Shown here in pieces: positions 15,096-22,959 of a DNA stretch of 24,000 bases. The notes under the pieces were generated by a model that was not told where the DNA came from, ran no database searches, and was given only the letters and a program-made list of their open reading frames with translations. The position numbers and the translations under genes were made by a program. Numbering within the stretch: the stretch's first letter is position 1; every line of letters starts with the position of its first letter. The DNA comes from Tepidanaerobacter sp. GT38 (lineage in GTDB: Bacteria; Bacillota; Thermosediminibacteria; Thermosediminibacterales; Tepidanaerobacteraceae), in the NCBI RefSeq assembly GCF_021991635.1, contig NZ_JAFFJA010000050.1, forward strand, positions 52,324 through 76,323, written 5' to 3'.

Positions 15096-16466
15096 GTGAT
15101 ATCAATGGCAGAGATGATAACACTACTTATCTTTGCCTGTGTGCTGTTTGTCTGTATACTGAAAGATTTTTCAATATTAGTTGCACTGTTTTTGGGTCTC
15201 ATATGCTTTGTTTTTTATTCACTGTACAGAAAATACACATATGCGCAAATAGGTAAAATGATTTTAAATGGCATTAAGGAAGCAAGAACAATTCTCATAG
15301 TATTTTCATTAATAGGAATGCTAACTGCTCTTTGGCGGGCTGGTGGGACAATTCCATTTATAATCTATCATACACTTTTGATGGTTGATTCACGGTTTTT
15401 TGTCATGTTTGCCTTTCTTTTGTGTTCACTGGTTTCTTTTTTAACAGGAACAGCTTTCGGAACAGTCAGCACCATGGGAATAATTTGTATGATTACAGGC
15501 AAAGCATTAGGTATATCTCCTTTTTATCTTGGGGGAGCTATTTTATCAGGTGTTTTTTTTGGCGACAGGTGTTCTCCCATGTCTACCAGCGCACTGCTGG
15601 TTTGTGAACTGACCGGAACTGATATCTACACTAACATAAAAAACATGATAAAAACTTCGGCTTTTCCTTTTATATTTACAGTCGCCTTTTATGCAATTAC
15701 CGGATATGTGGGCATTAGCAGCAATGTAACAACTGACACTGTGGCTGTTTTTGCGGATAATTTTAATTTAAGTCCCTGGGTAATACTGCCTGCTCTTATA
15801 ATTGTGGTACTCGCGATTTGCAAATACAATATCAAAGTGACAATTGTTTGGAGTATCATATTCGGCATTTTTATTTGCCTTTACTTTCAGGAGATGAGCT
15901 TGTACGAACTTTTTAAGTGTTTAATATACGGCTATCATACGGAAAACTTGACACTTGCCAAGTTAATAAACGGTGGAGGACTTATATCCATGGCAAAAAC
16001 TATGGCAATAATCGCAATTTCTTCATCCTATTTTGGTATCTTTCGCAACACAAAATTGCTCGACCGAATAAAGCTTTGGAGTAATACCATAGCCCAGCAC
16101 AGTACAAAGTTTGCTACGGTGTTAATTATTTCAATAATTACCGCAGCGTTTAGCTGCAATCAAACTCTTGCAACAATGTTGACTTATGAAATAGCGAATA
16201 ATCTAATTTCCGACAGAGAACAATTAGCTGTTTATCTGGAAAATACAGTTATATTAGTGAGTGCCCTTATTCCCTGGAGTATTGCTGCTGTATTTCCAAT
16301 TTCAACTGTAGGTGCTCCAACAAACTCCATAACTTATGCAGTTTATCTGTACCTTGTCCCTCTGTGGAATCTTTTCATTTCATTTATGAATCCTAAAGAT
16401 AAAAGGGCCGGACTTTTAAACTCAGTAAGGAGGAAATGTCATGAGAAAACAGCTGAACTTCGATAA
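15096..16466 (+). CDS. NhaC-family membrane transporter (MetT-like candidate methionine/sulfur amino acid transporter)
   Basis: Polytopic membrane protein with Na+/H+ antiporter NhaC-family sequence character (GTIPFIIY, FLTGTAFGTVSTMG, GAILSGVFFGDRCSPMSTSA). The track start GTG 15087 lies inside the SD AGGTGA (15085-15090). GTG 15096 (5 nt spacer) or ATG 15105 is more likely. The 3' end overlaps metH by 26 nt. Confidence 0.75.
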   Translation: MISMAEMITLLIFACVLFVCILKDFSILVALFLGLICFVFYSLYRKYTYAQIGKMILNGIKEARTILIVFSLIGMLTALWRAGGTIPFIIYHTLLMVDSRFFVMFAFLLCSLVSFLTGTAFGTVSTMGIICMITGKALGISPFYLGGAILSGVFFGDRCSPMSTSALLVCELTGTDIYTNIKNMIKTSAFPFIFTVAFYAITGYVGISSNVTTDTVAVFADNFNLSPWVILPALIIVVLAICKYNIKVTIVWSIIFGIFICLYFQEMSLYELFKCLIYGYHTENLTLAKLINGGGLISMAKTMAIIAISSSYFGIFRNTKLLDRIKLWSNTIAQHSTKFATVLIISIITAAFSCNQTLATMLTYEIANNLISDREQLAVYLENTVILVSALIPWSIAAVFPISTVGAPTNSITYAVYLYLVPLWNLFISFMNPKDKRAGLLNSVRRKCHEKTAELR

Positions 16467-18807
16467 TTTTATTATCTTCGATGGAGCCATGGGCACCATG
16501 CTTCAAGCCTTTGGAATGGGAGCCGGAGAACTGCCGGAAAGCTATAATTTCACTCATCCGGATATTATAGAATCTATTCACAGCAAATACCTGGAAGCCG
16601 GTGCAGATGTTATAACTACCAACACATTCGGAGCTAACCGATTTAAACTTAAAGGTTCAGGATTTGCTGTAAAAGATGTGGTTGCTCAGGCGGTTAACAT
16701 TGCCCGTAGGGCATCGAAGGAAAAATGGGTGGCACTGGATATAGGACCAACCGGAAAGCTCATGAAACCCCACGGCGATTTATCTTTTGAGGATGCATAT
16801 ACTGCTTTTTCCGAACAAATCATGGCAGGAGAAGCGGCGGGAGCAGACGTAATCCTCATAGAAACCATGTCAGATATATATGAAGCTAAAGCCGCTGTCC
16901 TGGCAGCTAAAGAAAACAGTAAGCTTCCAGTAATATGTACCATGACCTTTCAACAGGACGGTAGGACTTTAACAGGTACAGATGTCCTTACAATGGTCAA
17001 CATCTTACAGAACTTAGGCCTTGACGCACTAGGAGCAAACTGTTCCCTTGGCCCAAAGGAAATTCTGCACTTGGTAGATGAATTGGTGCGGTATTCTAAA
17101 ATACCGGTAATTATTCAGCCAAATGCGGGACTTCCTAAAATCCAAGACGGTAAAACTGTTTACGAAATAGAACCACAGGAATTTTCCCTTTATGCCAAAG
17201 CAATGGCACAAAAAGGTGTTACAATACTGGGCGGATGCTGTGGCACAACACCGGAGCATATTAGAGCCGTAAAAAATGTGCTTTGGGGTTTTAGTCCCGG
17301 AAAAAGAAATGTTGTGGATTTTACGGCGGCTAGTTCCTATTCTAAAACCGTAATTTTGACAGAGGGCATAAGCATAATTGGTGAAAGGATAAACCCCTCG
17401 GGAAAGCCCAAAATGAAGCAGGCCCTTAGAAACCGCACCTACGATTACATACTTAAAGAAGCCATAAAGCAAAGGGATGCAGGAGCTAAAATTATAAATG
17501 TAAATGCAGGCCTTCCGGAAATAGACGAAAAGCAAGCCATGATTGAGCTGGTGACAAAACTGCAAGGCGCTGTTAATTCTCCCCTGATGTTTGATAGCAC
17601 AAAACCACAAGTATTAGAAGCAGCATGCAGGATCTACAGTGGAAGACCTATAATAAACTCGGTAAATGGCAAGGCAAGTTCAATGGAAGCCATTTTGCCC
17701 ATAGCAAAAAAATACGGAGCCTGTGTAATCGCCATGACTTTAGACGAAACGGGCATTCCTGAAACCCCGGAAAAAAGGTTAAAAATAGCAGAAAAGATCA
17801 TTGAAACAGCAACAGCCTACGGTATCCACAAAAATGACATTATCGTTGACTGCCTTGTGCTTGCGTCTTCAGCCGAACAAGAGGCGGCTGCCCAAACCAT
17901 TAAGGCATTACAACTTATCAAAAAGGAGCTAGGAGTTTTAACAATTCTCGGAGTCAGCAATATTTCCTTTGGTTTACCAAACAGGTCATTATTAAACCGA
18001 ACTTTTTTAGCAGCTGCCCTCGGCGCTGGACTTGATCTTCCAATTATAGATCCATTGGATTTGGAAATGATAAAGACAATAGACGCATTTAATGTGCTTT
18101 CAGGCCATGATAAAAATGCAGATCATTACATCAGCACCTATGCAAAATCTGCTGACATTACAAATGTAGAAAAAATAGATAGACCCGATTTAAAATCAAT
18201 TATCTGTGAGGGGTTAACGGATGAAGTTAAGCCTGCTATTGATGAGCTGTTAAAACAAAAATCTCCCATGGAAATCGTAGATGGGATCTTAATCCCTGCA
18301 CTAGATGATGTAGGTAAGAAATTCGAAACCGGCGAAATCTTCCTGCCCCAGATGATAATGTCAGCTGAAACTGCAAAGACTGCCTTTCAGATAATAAATT
18401 CTTATACTAAAAGCACCGAACAAAACACTTCTTATATCAAAGGCAAGATACTGCTGGCCACCGTCAGAGGCGATATTCATGAAATTGGAAAAAATATTGT
18501 CAAAGCAATGCTGGAAAATTACGGCTACGAAGTAATTGATCTTGGAATAGATGTGCCGGAACAGGAAATTGTAGAAAAGATAAAACAGGAAAATATCCGC
18601 CTTGTTGGATTGAGCGCACTCATGACAAGTTCGGTAAAAAGCATGGAAGATACTATCAAAGCCATAAAACTTAATGGCATTGACTGCAAGGTTATGGTGG
18701 GTGGTGCTGTGTTAAATCCTGAGTATGCAAACATGATTGGTGCTGATTACTATGGAAAAGACGCTCGCGCTGCTGTAGAGATAGCCCAAAAGGTTTTTCA
18801 AGCCTAA
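16441..18807 (+). CDS. metH: Cobalamin-dependent methionine synthase, short form (Hcy-binding + pterin-binding + B12 cap + B12-binding domains; no AdoMet reactivation domain)
   Basis: The N-terminal homocysteine S-methyltransferase domain has Zn ligands C201 (GANCSLGP) and C266/C267 (GGCCGTTPEHI). The pterin-binding region contains IGERINPSG...INVNAG...GVSNISFGLP. The B12 motif DxHxxG is GDIHEIGKN (D678/H680/G683, nt 18472-18489), with SALMT and VMVGGA. Strong SD AAGGAGG. The protein ends at 788 aa, whereas I recall E. coli MetH at 1227 aa. Confidence 0.92.
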   Translation: MRKQLNFDNFIIFDGAMGTMLQAFGMGAGELPESYNFTHPDIIESIHSKYLEAGADVITTNTFGANRFKLKGSGFAVKDVVAQAVNIARRASKEKWVALDIGPTGKLMKPHGDLSFEDAYTAFSEQIMAGEAAGADVILIETMSDIYEAKAAVLAAKENSKLPVICTMTFQQDGRTLTGTDVLTMVNILQNLGLDALGANCSLGPKEILHLVDELVRYSKIPVIIQPNAGLPKIQDGKTVYEIEPQEFSLYAKAMAQKGVTILGGCCGTTPEHIRAVKNVLWGFSPGKRNVVDFTAASSYSKTVILTEGISIIGERINPSGKPKMKQALRNRTYDYILKEAIKQRDAGAKIINVNAGLPEIDEKQAMIELVTKLQGAVNSPLMFDSTKPQVLEAACRIYSGRPIINSVNGKASSMEAILPIAKKYGACVIAMTLDETGIPETPEKRLKIAEKIIETATAYGIHKNDIIVDCLVLASSAEQEAAAQTIKALQLIKKELGVLTILGVSNISFGLPNRSLLNRTFLAAALGAGLDLPIIDPLDLEMIKTIDAFNVLSGHDKNADHYISTYAKSADITNVEKIDRPDLKSIICEGLTDEVKPAIDELLKQKSPMEIVDGILIPALDDVGKKFETGEIFLPQMIMSAETAKTAFQIINSYTKSTEQNTSYIKGKILLATVRGDIHEIGKNIVKAMLENYGYEVIDLGIDVPEQEIVEKIKQENIRLVGLSALMTSSVKSMEDTIKAIKLNGIDCKVMVGGAVLNPEYANMIGADYYGKDARAAVEIAQKVFQA

Positions 18808-18878
18808 TAAATGTTTAGAAAAAAATCGTGTGAAAATTTATGCTGAATTAAATAGTTTTTATCAATGATTTTTTCGGT

Positions 18879-19274
18879 TTGAGAGAGTATTTGGCTCGGC
18901 ATAAAGCAGGCATTTTTCACTTTACAGCTATAAAATTTCCAAGGGGATTTGACCTATATGTATCCGAGGATGGAGTTAATTTCAGTTCTGTCTTTCTAGA
19001 TGGCCTTAACAATCCCCACAACTATGGTGGCAGAATTCTCTTTGTAGACAGTGAAAATAATTTATACATTGGGACAGCAAATCCCTTTGAAGGTTGTGAG
19101 GTATGGAAGACGGATAGTATTCCTAACAAATCGCTACAACCCTGTAATAATAACCATTATAAAGAGTTTGAGAAGACAAGGGAAATACTAAGTGAAAATT
19201 TCAAAGTCATAAATGATAATATTCCTGTTATCCTGGAACTCATGTCAAAAAATACCCACCTGAAATCCTTGTAA
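18879..19274 (+). pseudogene. Orphan 131-aa ORF resembling the C-terminal blade of a beta-propeller-type protein; probable gene remnant (or small hypothetical protein)
   Basis: It starts at TTG without a recognisable SD. The sequence GFDLYVSEDGVNFSSVFLDG...NLYIGTANPFEGCEVWKTD looks like the last repeat of a larger beta-rich protein. The upstream DNA is fully occupied by metH, so no N-terminal part exists here. Confidence 0.3.
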
Positions 19275-19281
19275 GCTAAAA

Positions 19282-19326
19282 AAAGAAAGAGGACACTGAG
19301 TTGACACTGAGTTGTCCTCTTTCTTT
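19282..19326. terminator. Bidirectional rho-independent terminator between convergent genes
   Basis: AAAGAAAGAGGACA (19282-19295) pairs with TGTCCTCTTTCTTT (19313-19326), a 14-bp stem. An A-tract lies upstream and a T-tract downstream, so it can work in both directions. The loop contains an 11-nt tandem duplication. Confidence 0.75.
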
Positions 19327-19345
19327 TATATGGTTGCCGTGATAT

Positions 19346-20359
19346 TTAACTAAATTTAACTAAAACCTTTAATTTGGTTCCATCATTGTTGGTTAAGGTT
19401 TTAAAAGCATCTAATACATTATCTAAATCATATTCATCTGTAACAATATCATCTATATTAACTTTTCCGCTGGATGTCAAATCAATTAAAGGCTCAAAAT
19501 CATTTAAGCTGTTTCTAGAACCATATACATTTAATTCTTTTTGCAGTAAAACAGAGTGATTAAAGGTTGTCTCTCTTTTCCCGTTTCCTACCAGTATAAT
19601 TTTCCCTGCAAAAGCCACTGTTTCAATACATTTCAGGAAAGTTTCAGGTGCACCTGCTGCTTCCACACAGACATCCATGCCATCGCCATTGGTTATCTCT
19701 AAAACTTTTTTCTTTACATCTTCATTACCCACGTTAATAACACCATCAGCGCCCATCTTCTTGGCATATTCCAATCTTCCATCTAGCATATCAGCTGCAT
19801 AAACCTTTGCGCCCTTAAGTTTTGCTGAAATCAACGCAAAGATCCCAATTGGCCCGGCGCCAAAAACTAACACATTGTCTTCCTCTTGGACTTCCCCACG
19901 ATTAATTGCATGATAACCAATTGAAAAAGGTTCAATCAATGCTAAGGTTCTTGCATTTAAACCCTTGCCATGGTAAATTCTTTCAATTGGCATTGTAATA
20001 TATTCTGTAAAAGAACCGTCTCTGTGAACACCCATTGTCTGGTTAGACTCACAGCAGTTTACTTTTCCTTTCCTGCATGAATAGCATTTGCCACAGTTAA
20101 AATAGGGATTAGCAGTAACAATCATACCTTTTTTTAAGCCATAGTCATTTTCCTCAATTTCCACTATTTCAGCAGAAAACTCATGGCCTGGAACCCGTGG
20201 GTAAGTGGCAAAAGGCTGATTTCCCGTATAAGTTGCAACATCTGAACCACAGATGCCACAATATTTTATTTTTAAAAGAGCTTCTCCTTTTTTAGGAATA
20301 GGTATATCTTTTTCAATAACTTCGATTTTCCCTGGTTCCTTTATATATACTACTTTCAT
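19346..20359 (-). CDS. Zn-dependent NAD(P) alcohol/polyol dehydrogenase, MDR family (threonine/sorbitol/idonate dehydrogenase-like)
   Basis: Catalytic Zn motifs are CGICGSD and PGHEFSAEIV. The structural Zn cluster is CGKCYSCRKGKVNCC. The Rossmann motif is VFGAGPIG. The track start TTG 20380 contains the SD (GGAGG), so ATG 20359 (MKVVYIKEPG) is the probable start. Confidence 0.85.
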   Translation of the reverse strand: MKVVYIKEPGKIEVIEKDIPIPKKGEALLKIKYCGICGSDVATYTGNQPFATYPRVPGHEFSAEIVEIEENDYGLKKGMIVTANPYFNCGKCYSCRKGKVNCCESNQTMGVHRDGSFTEYITMPIERIYHGKGLNARTLALIEPFSIGYHAINRGEVQEEDNVLVFGAGPIGIFALISAKLKGAKVYAADMLDGRLEYAKKMGADGVINVGNEDVKKKVLEITNGDGMDVCVEAAGAPETFLKCIETVAFAGKIILVGNGKRETTFNHSVLLQKELNVYGSRNSLNDFEPLIDLTSSGKVNIDDIVTDEYDLDNVLDAFKTLTNNDGTKLKVLVKFS

Positions 20360-20411
20360 TTTTAAATTCTCAGCCTCCAAAAAAAAAGTAAATGATTAAA
20401 TGCTACATCTA

Positions 20412-21056
20412 TTAGATTCTTTTCAATGCAGCTTCTCTCGACGTCCTTAAATGTTCAAGGATACTCTTTTCTATTTTTTTAATATCCCTTTCGATTAGAG
20501 CGTCAATAATGGCAAAATGCTCCGGTTTAGATCTTGTCTCTATATCTCCTATCTCTAAAGTGGACATAATGCGAATGCGAGAATCAAGATCGTAAATTTT
20601 GCTCATAAATTCTATTAAATAGTCGTTTTTGCTACTTTGGACAATGTATTTATGAAATTGAATATCCAAATCAAAATACTTCATAGCATCAGGAGTATTG
20701 GGGATAAATTTTATTTTACTAAATTTTTCTTTAAATTCCATCAAGCAGTCAATTGACATGTTTTTACATGAGTTTGTAGCAGTATAAACCTCTACCATTT
20801 CTCTAATTTGATAGACTTCATGAATATCTTTAACTGTAATAGGAGATACTATAATCCCTTTTCTGGGAAAAATAGTTATAAAGTTTTCTTGCTGCAGCCT
20901 TAATAATGCTTCTCTTACAGGAGTTCTACTCATGCCTAACTCTTCACAAATTTCAGATTCAGATATATCACTGCCTGGCAGTATTCGGCATTTTATGATT
21001 TTGTCTTTAATACTATTGTAGGCTTGTTCTGTCAGTGACAAAGTCTTTCTCAACAA
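20412..21056 (-). CDS. GntR-family transcriptional regulator, FadR subfamily (wHTH + FCD domain)
   Basis: The N-terminal region LTEQAYNSIKDKIIKCRILPGSDISESEICEELGMSRTPVREALLRLQQENFI is a GntR wHTH. The all-helical C-terminal domain includes the HxxI motif of FCD domains. TTG start with AGGGGGA upstream. Confidence 0.85.
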   Translation of the reverse strand: MLRKTLSLTEQAYNSIKDKIIKCRILPGSDISESEICEELGMSRTPVREALLRLQQENFITIFPRKGIIVSPITVKDIHEVYQIREMVEVYTATNSCKNMSIDCLMEFKEKFSKIKFIPNTPDAMKYFDLDIQFHKYIVQSSKNDYLIEFMSKIYDLDSRIRIMSTLEIGDIETRSKPEHFAIIDALIERDIKKIEKSILEHLRTSREAALKRI

Positions 21057-21081
21057 TATTCCCCCTGCCGTGCAATCAGTT

Positions 21082-22374
21082 TTAGTAGACTAAATTGACT
21101 ATTCCTGTAGAGAAGGCTGGTACAAATGTTATGAGTATCAAACATATGAAAATTAAAGCATAAAATGGCACTGCTTCTCTTAGAAAATCTCTGATCTTAC
21201 ACTTGGTTATTCCACATGTTACAAACATCAATGTTCCAACTGGCGGTGTGACACAGCCGATGGCCAAATTAAATATTACTGTCATTGCAAATTGTATTTC
21301 ATCGATGCCATAAGCTGCAGCAGTCGGCGCCAATAAAGGTACTAATATTATCATTGCTGCATTTCCTTCGATAAACATGCCGATAACAAGTAAGAATAAA
21401 TTAACTGCAATTAAAAATAAATATTTGTTTGAAATATTTGCTAGTATGAACTCCATAAAGAGCTGTGGAATCTTCTCCCTTGTCAAAATCCAGGAGAAAG
21501 CTGAAGCAGCTCCAACTATCAACATAATACCACATGTTCCAGTTACTGTCTCTTTTAAGCCGGCAACAAATTCTTTAAAGCCCATCTCTCTATACACTAT
21601 TAAACCGAGGAAAAGGGCGTAAACAACGGCAGCAGAACCAGCCTCAGTTGGTGTAAAGATTCCGATACGTATACCACCAATGATAACTAGTGGCAGTAAC
21701 AGCGGCAAAAAGGCCTTTTTAAGAGCATCAAAAAATTCACTTGGTGTGGCAGCACTATCCCGGGAGGGCTTGTAGCCACGCTTTTTTGAAATTATATGCA
21801 CCATTATCATCAATGCAATACACAGCAATATTCCTGGTCCAAAACCAGCTACAAATAATTTACCTATTGAAATATTTGCAAGGGAACCATATAGAATCAT
21901 AGCAATACCTGGTGGAATCAGTGGTGTGATAATAGCAGAAAAAGCTGTTACTACAGAGGAAAAAGCATTTGAATAGCCTTTCCGCACCATTTGTGGAACC
22001 AACATTTTGGCGTCCATTGAAGCATCGGCTAAATTGGAACCTGACATTCCGCCCATTAAAGTAGATACTAATATGTTAACTTGGGCTAATCCGCCCACTA
22101 CATGTCCAGTCACCACATCGGCAAAATCATATATTCTATTTGAAACTCCAGCATAATTCATATATGCTGCTGCTCCAATAAAGAATGGAATGGCAAGCAG
22201 TGGAATGCTTTCAACACCGGCAATAACCCTCTGTGCTATAATCTGAGTTGGCACATTAGGAGTTAAAATGAAATAAACAGCTGAACCTGCCAGAATTGAG
22301 ACAAAGGCAGGTACCTTTAAAAACAACAAGACTAGCATTATTATAAAGGCTAGGCCTACGATACTTGCTCCCAC
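21082..22374 (-). CDS. TRAP transporter large permease subunit (DctM family)
   Basis: About 12 TM helices with DctM-like sequence throughout. The track start ATG 22398 lies inside dctQ and upstream of a perfect SD AAGGAGG. GTG 22374 follows that SD by 8 nt and lies 1 nt after the dctQ stop (TAA 22378-22376). Confidence 0.88.
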   Translation of the reverse strand: MGASIVGLAFIIMLVLLFLKVPAFVSILAGSAVYFILTPNVPTQIIAQRVIAGVESIPLLAIPFFIGAAAYMNYAGVSNRIYDFADVVTGHVVGGLAQVNILVSTLMGGMSGSNLADASMDAKMLVPQMVRKGYSNAFSSVVTAFSAIITPLIPPGIAMILYGSLANISIGKLFVAGFGPGILLCIALMIMVHIISKKRGYKPSRDSAATPSEFFDALKKAFLPLLLPLVIIGGIRIGIFTPTEAGSAAVVYALFLGLIVYREMGFKEFVAGLKETVTGTCGIMLIVGAASAFSWILTREKIPQLFMEFILANISNKYLFLIAVNLFLLVIGMFIEGNAAMIILVPLLAPTAAAYGIDEIQFAMTVIFNLAIGCVTPPVGTLMFVTCGITKCKIRDFLREAVPFYALIFICLILITFVPAFSTGIVNLVY

Positions 22375-22375
22375 T

Positions 22376-22876
22376 TTATACTCCTCCTTGGACTTCATTT
22401 GTACTTAAAAAATACTGTACAACCGTCACTGTGTAGCTAATAATCATAATAATACACCCCACCGGAAAAGCGCCGTATATTAATCCATACGGTATACCCA
22501 GTATATTAGTCAATCTCTCTGTCCTAACCATCTGTTGTGCAAGTACAGTTGAATATTTTGTATAGTATATAAGAACTGCTATGACAACTACATATTCAAA
22601 GACTTTTATAATTTTCCGCAAAGCCTTTGGTAATGAATCCACCAAAATATCTATTGATACGTGTTCCCCCAATCTAAAAGTTGCTCCTCCGCCAAGGAAA
22701 ACTACCCAAACGAAACACCATAGCTGTACTTCTTCAGTCCAAACTAAAGGATTATTAAAAAAATAACGCATAATTACACCAAGGAAAGTAACAAATATTA
22801 GTACAGCCATGGCTATACATGTTACTGCCCAGTCTAAATTTGACAGCAAGTGTAACAGCCCGTTTTTAGACTTCAT
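22376..22876 (-). CDS. TRAP transporter small permease subunit (DctQ family)
   Basis: 166 aa with four TM helices, positioned between the dctP-like and dctM-like genes. SD AAGGGGA lies 7 nt upstream. Confidence 0.85.
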   Translation of the reverse strand: MKSKNGLLHLLSNLDWAVTCIAMAVLIFVTFLGVIMRYFFNNPLVWTEEVQLWCFVWVVFLGGGATFRLGEHVSIDILVDSLPKALRKIIKVFEYVVVIAVLIYYTKYSTVLAQQMVRTERLTNILGIPYGLIYGAFPVGCIIMIISYTVTVVQYFLSTNEVQGGV

Positions 22877-22904
22877 TATTTCATCCCCTTCAGCGTATTT
22901 ATAT

Positions 22905-22927
22905 GCCGGAGACTATGTGTCTCCGGC
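22905..22927 (-). other. Intercistronic GC-rich hairpin between dctP and dctQ
   Basis: GCCGGAGAC-TATGT-GTCTCCGGC is a perfect 9-bp stem. No T-tract follows on the minus strand, so it is not a canonical terminator. Confidence 0.6.
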
Positions 22928-22959
22928 TCAGCAAATACCTTATCAGTTTTTCATTTGTT

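Noticed and set aside
15017-15256. A 79-aa plus-strand ORF overlapping the start of the NhaC-family gene.
   Set aside because: It is in a different frame over the promoter and 5' region of a well-supported membrane protein gene, has no SD, and has an implausible composition.
17029-17610. A 193-aa ORF antisense to metH, and similar antisense or same-strand shadow ORFs (e.g. 332-544, 546-764, 1038-1397, 8238-8711, 9366-9803, 11922-12302, 11963-12178, 13297-13545, 16686-16943).
   Set aside because: All lie entirely within well-supported genes. They have low-complexity or Cys/Phe/Ile-rich translations, show no SD, and resemble no protein family I recognise. They are typical frame shadows in AT-rich DNA.
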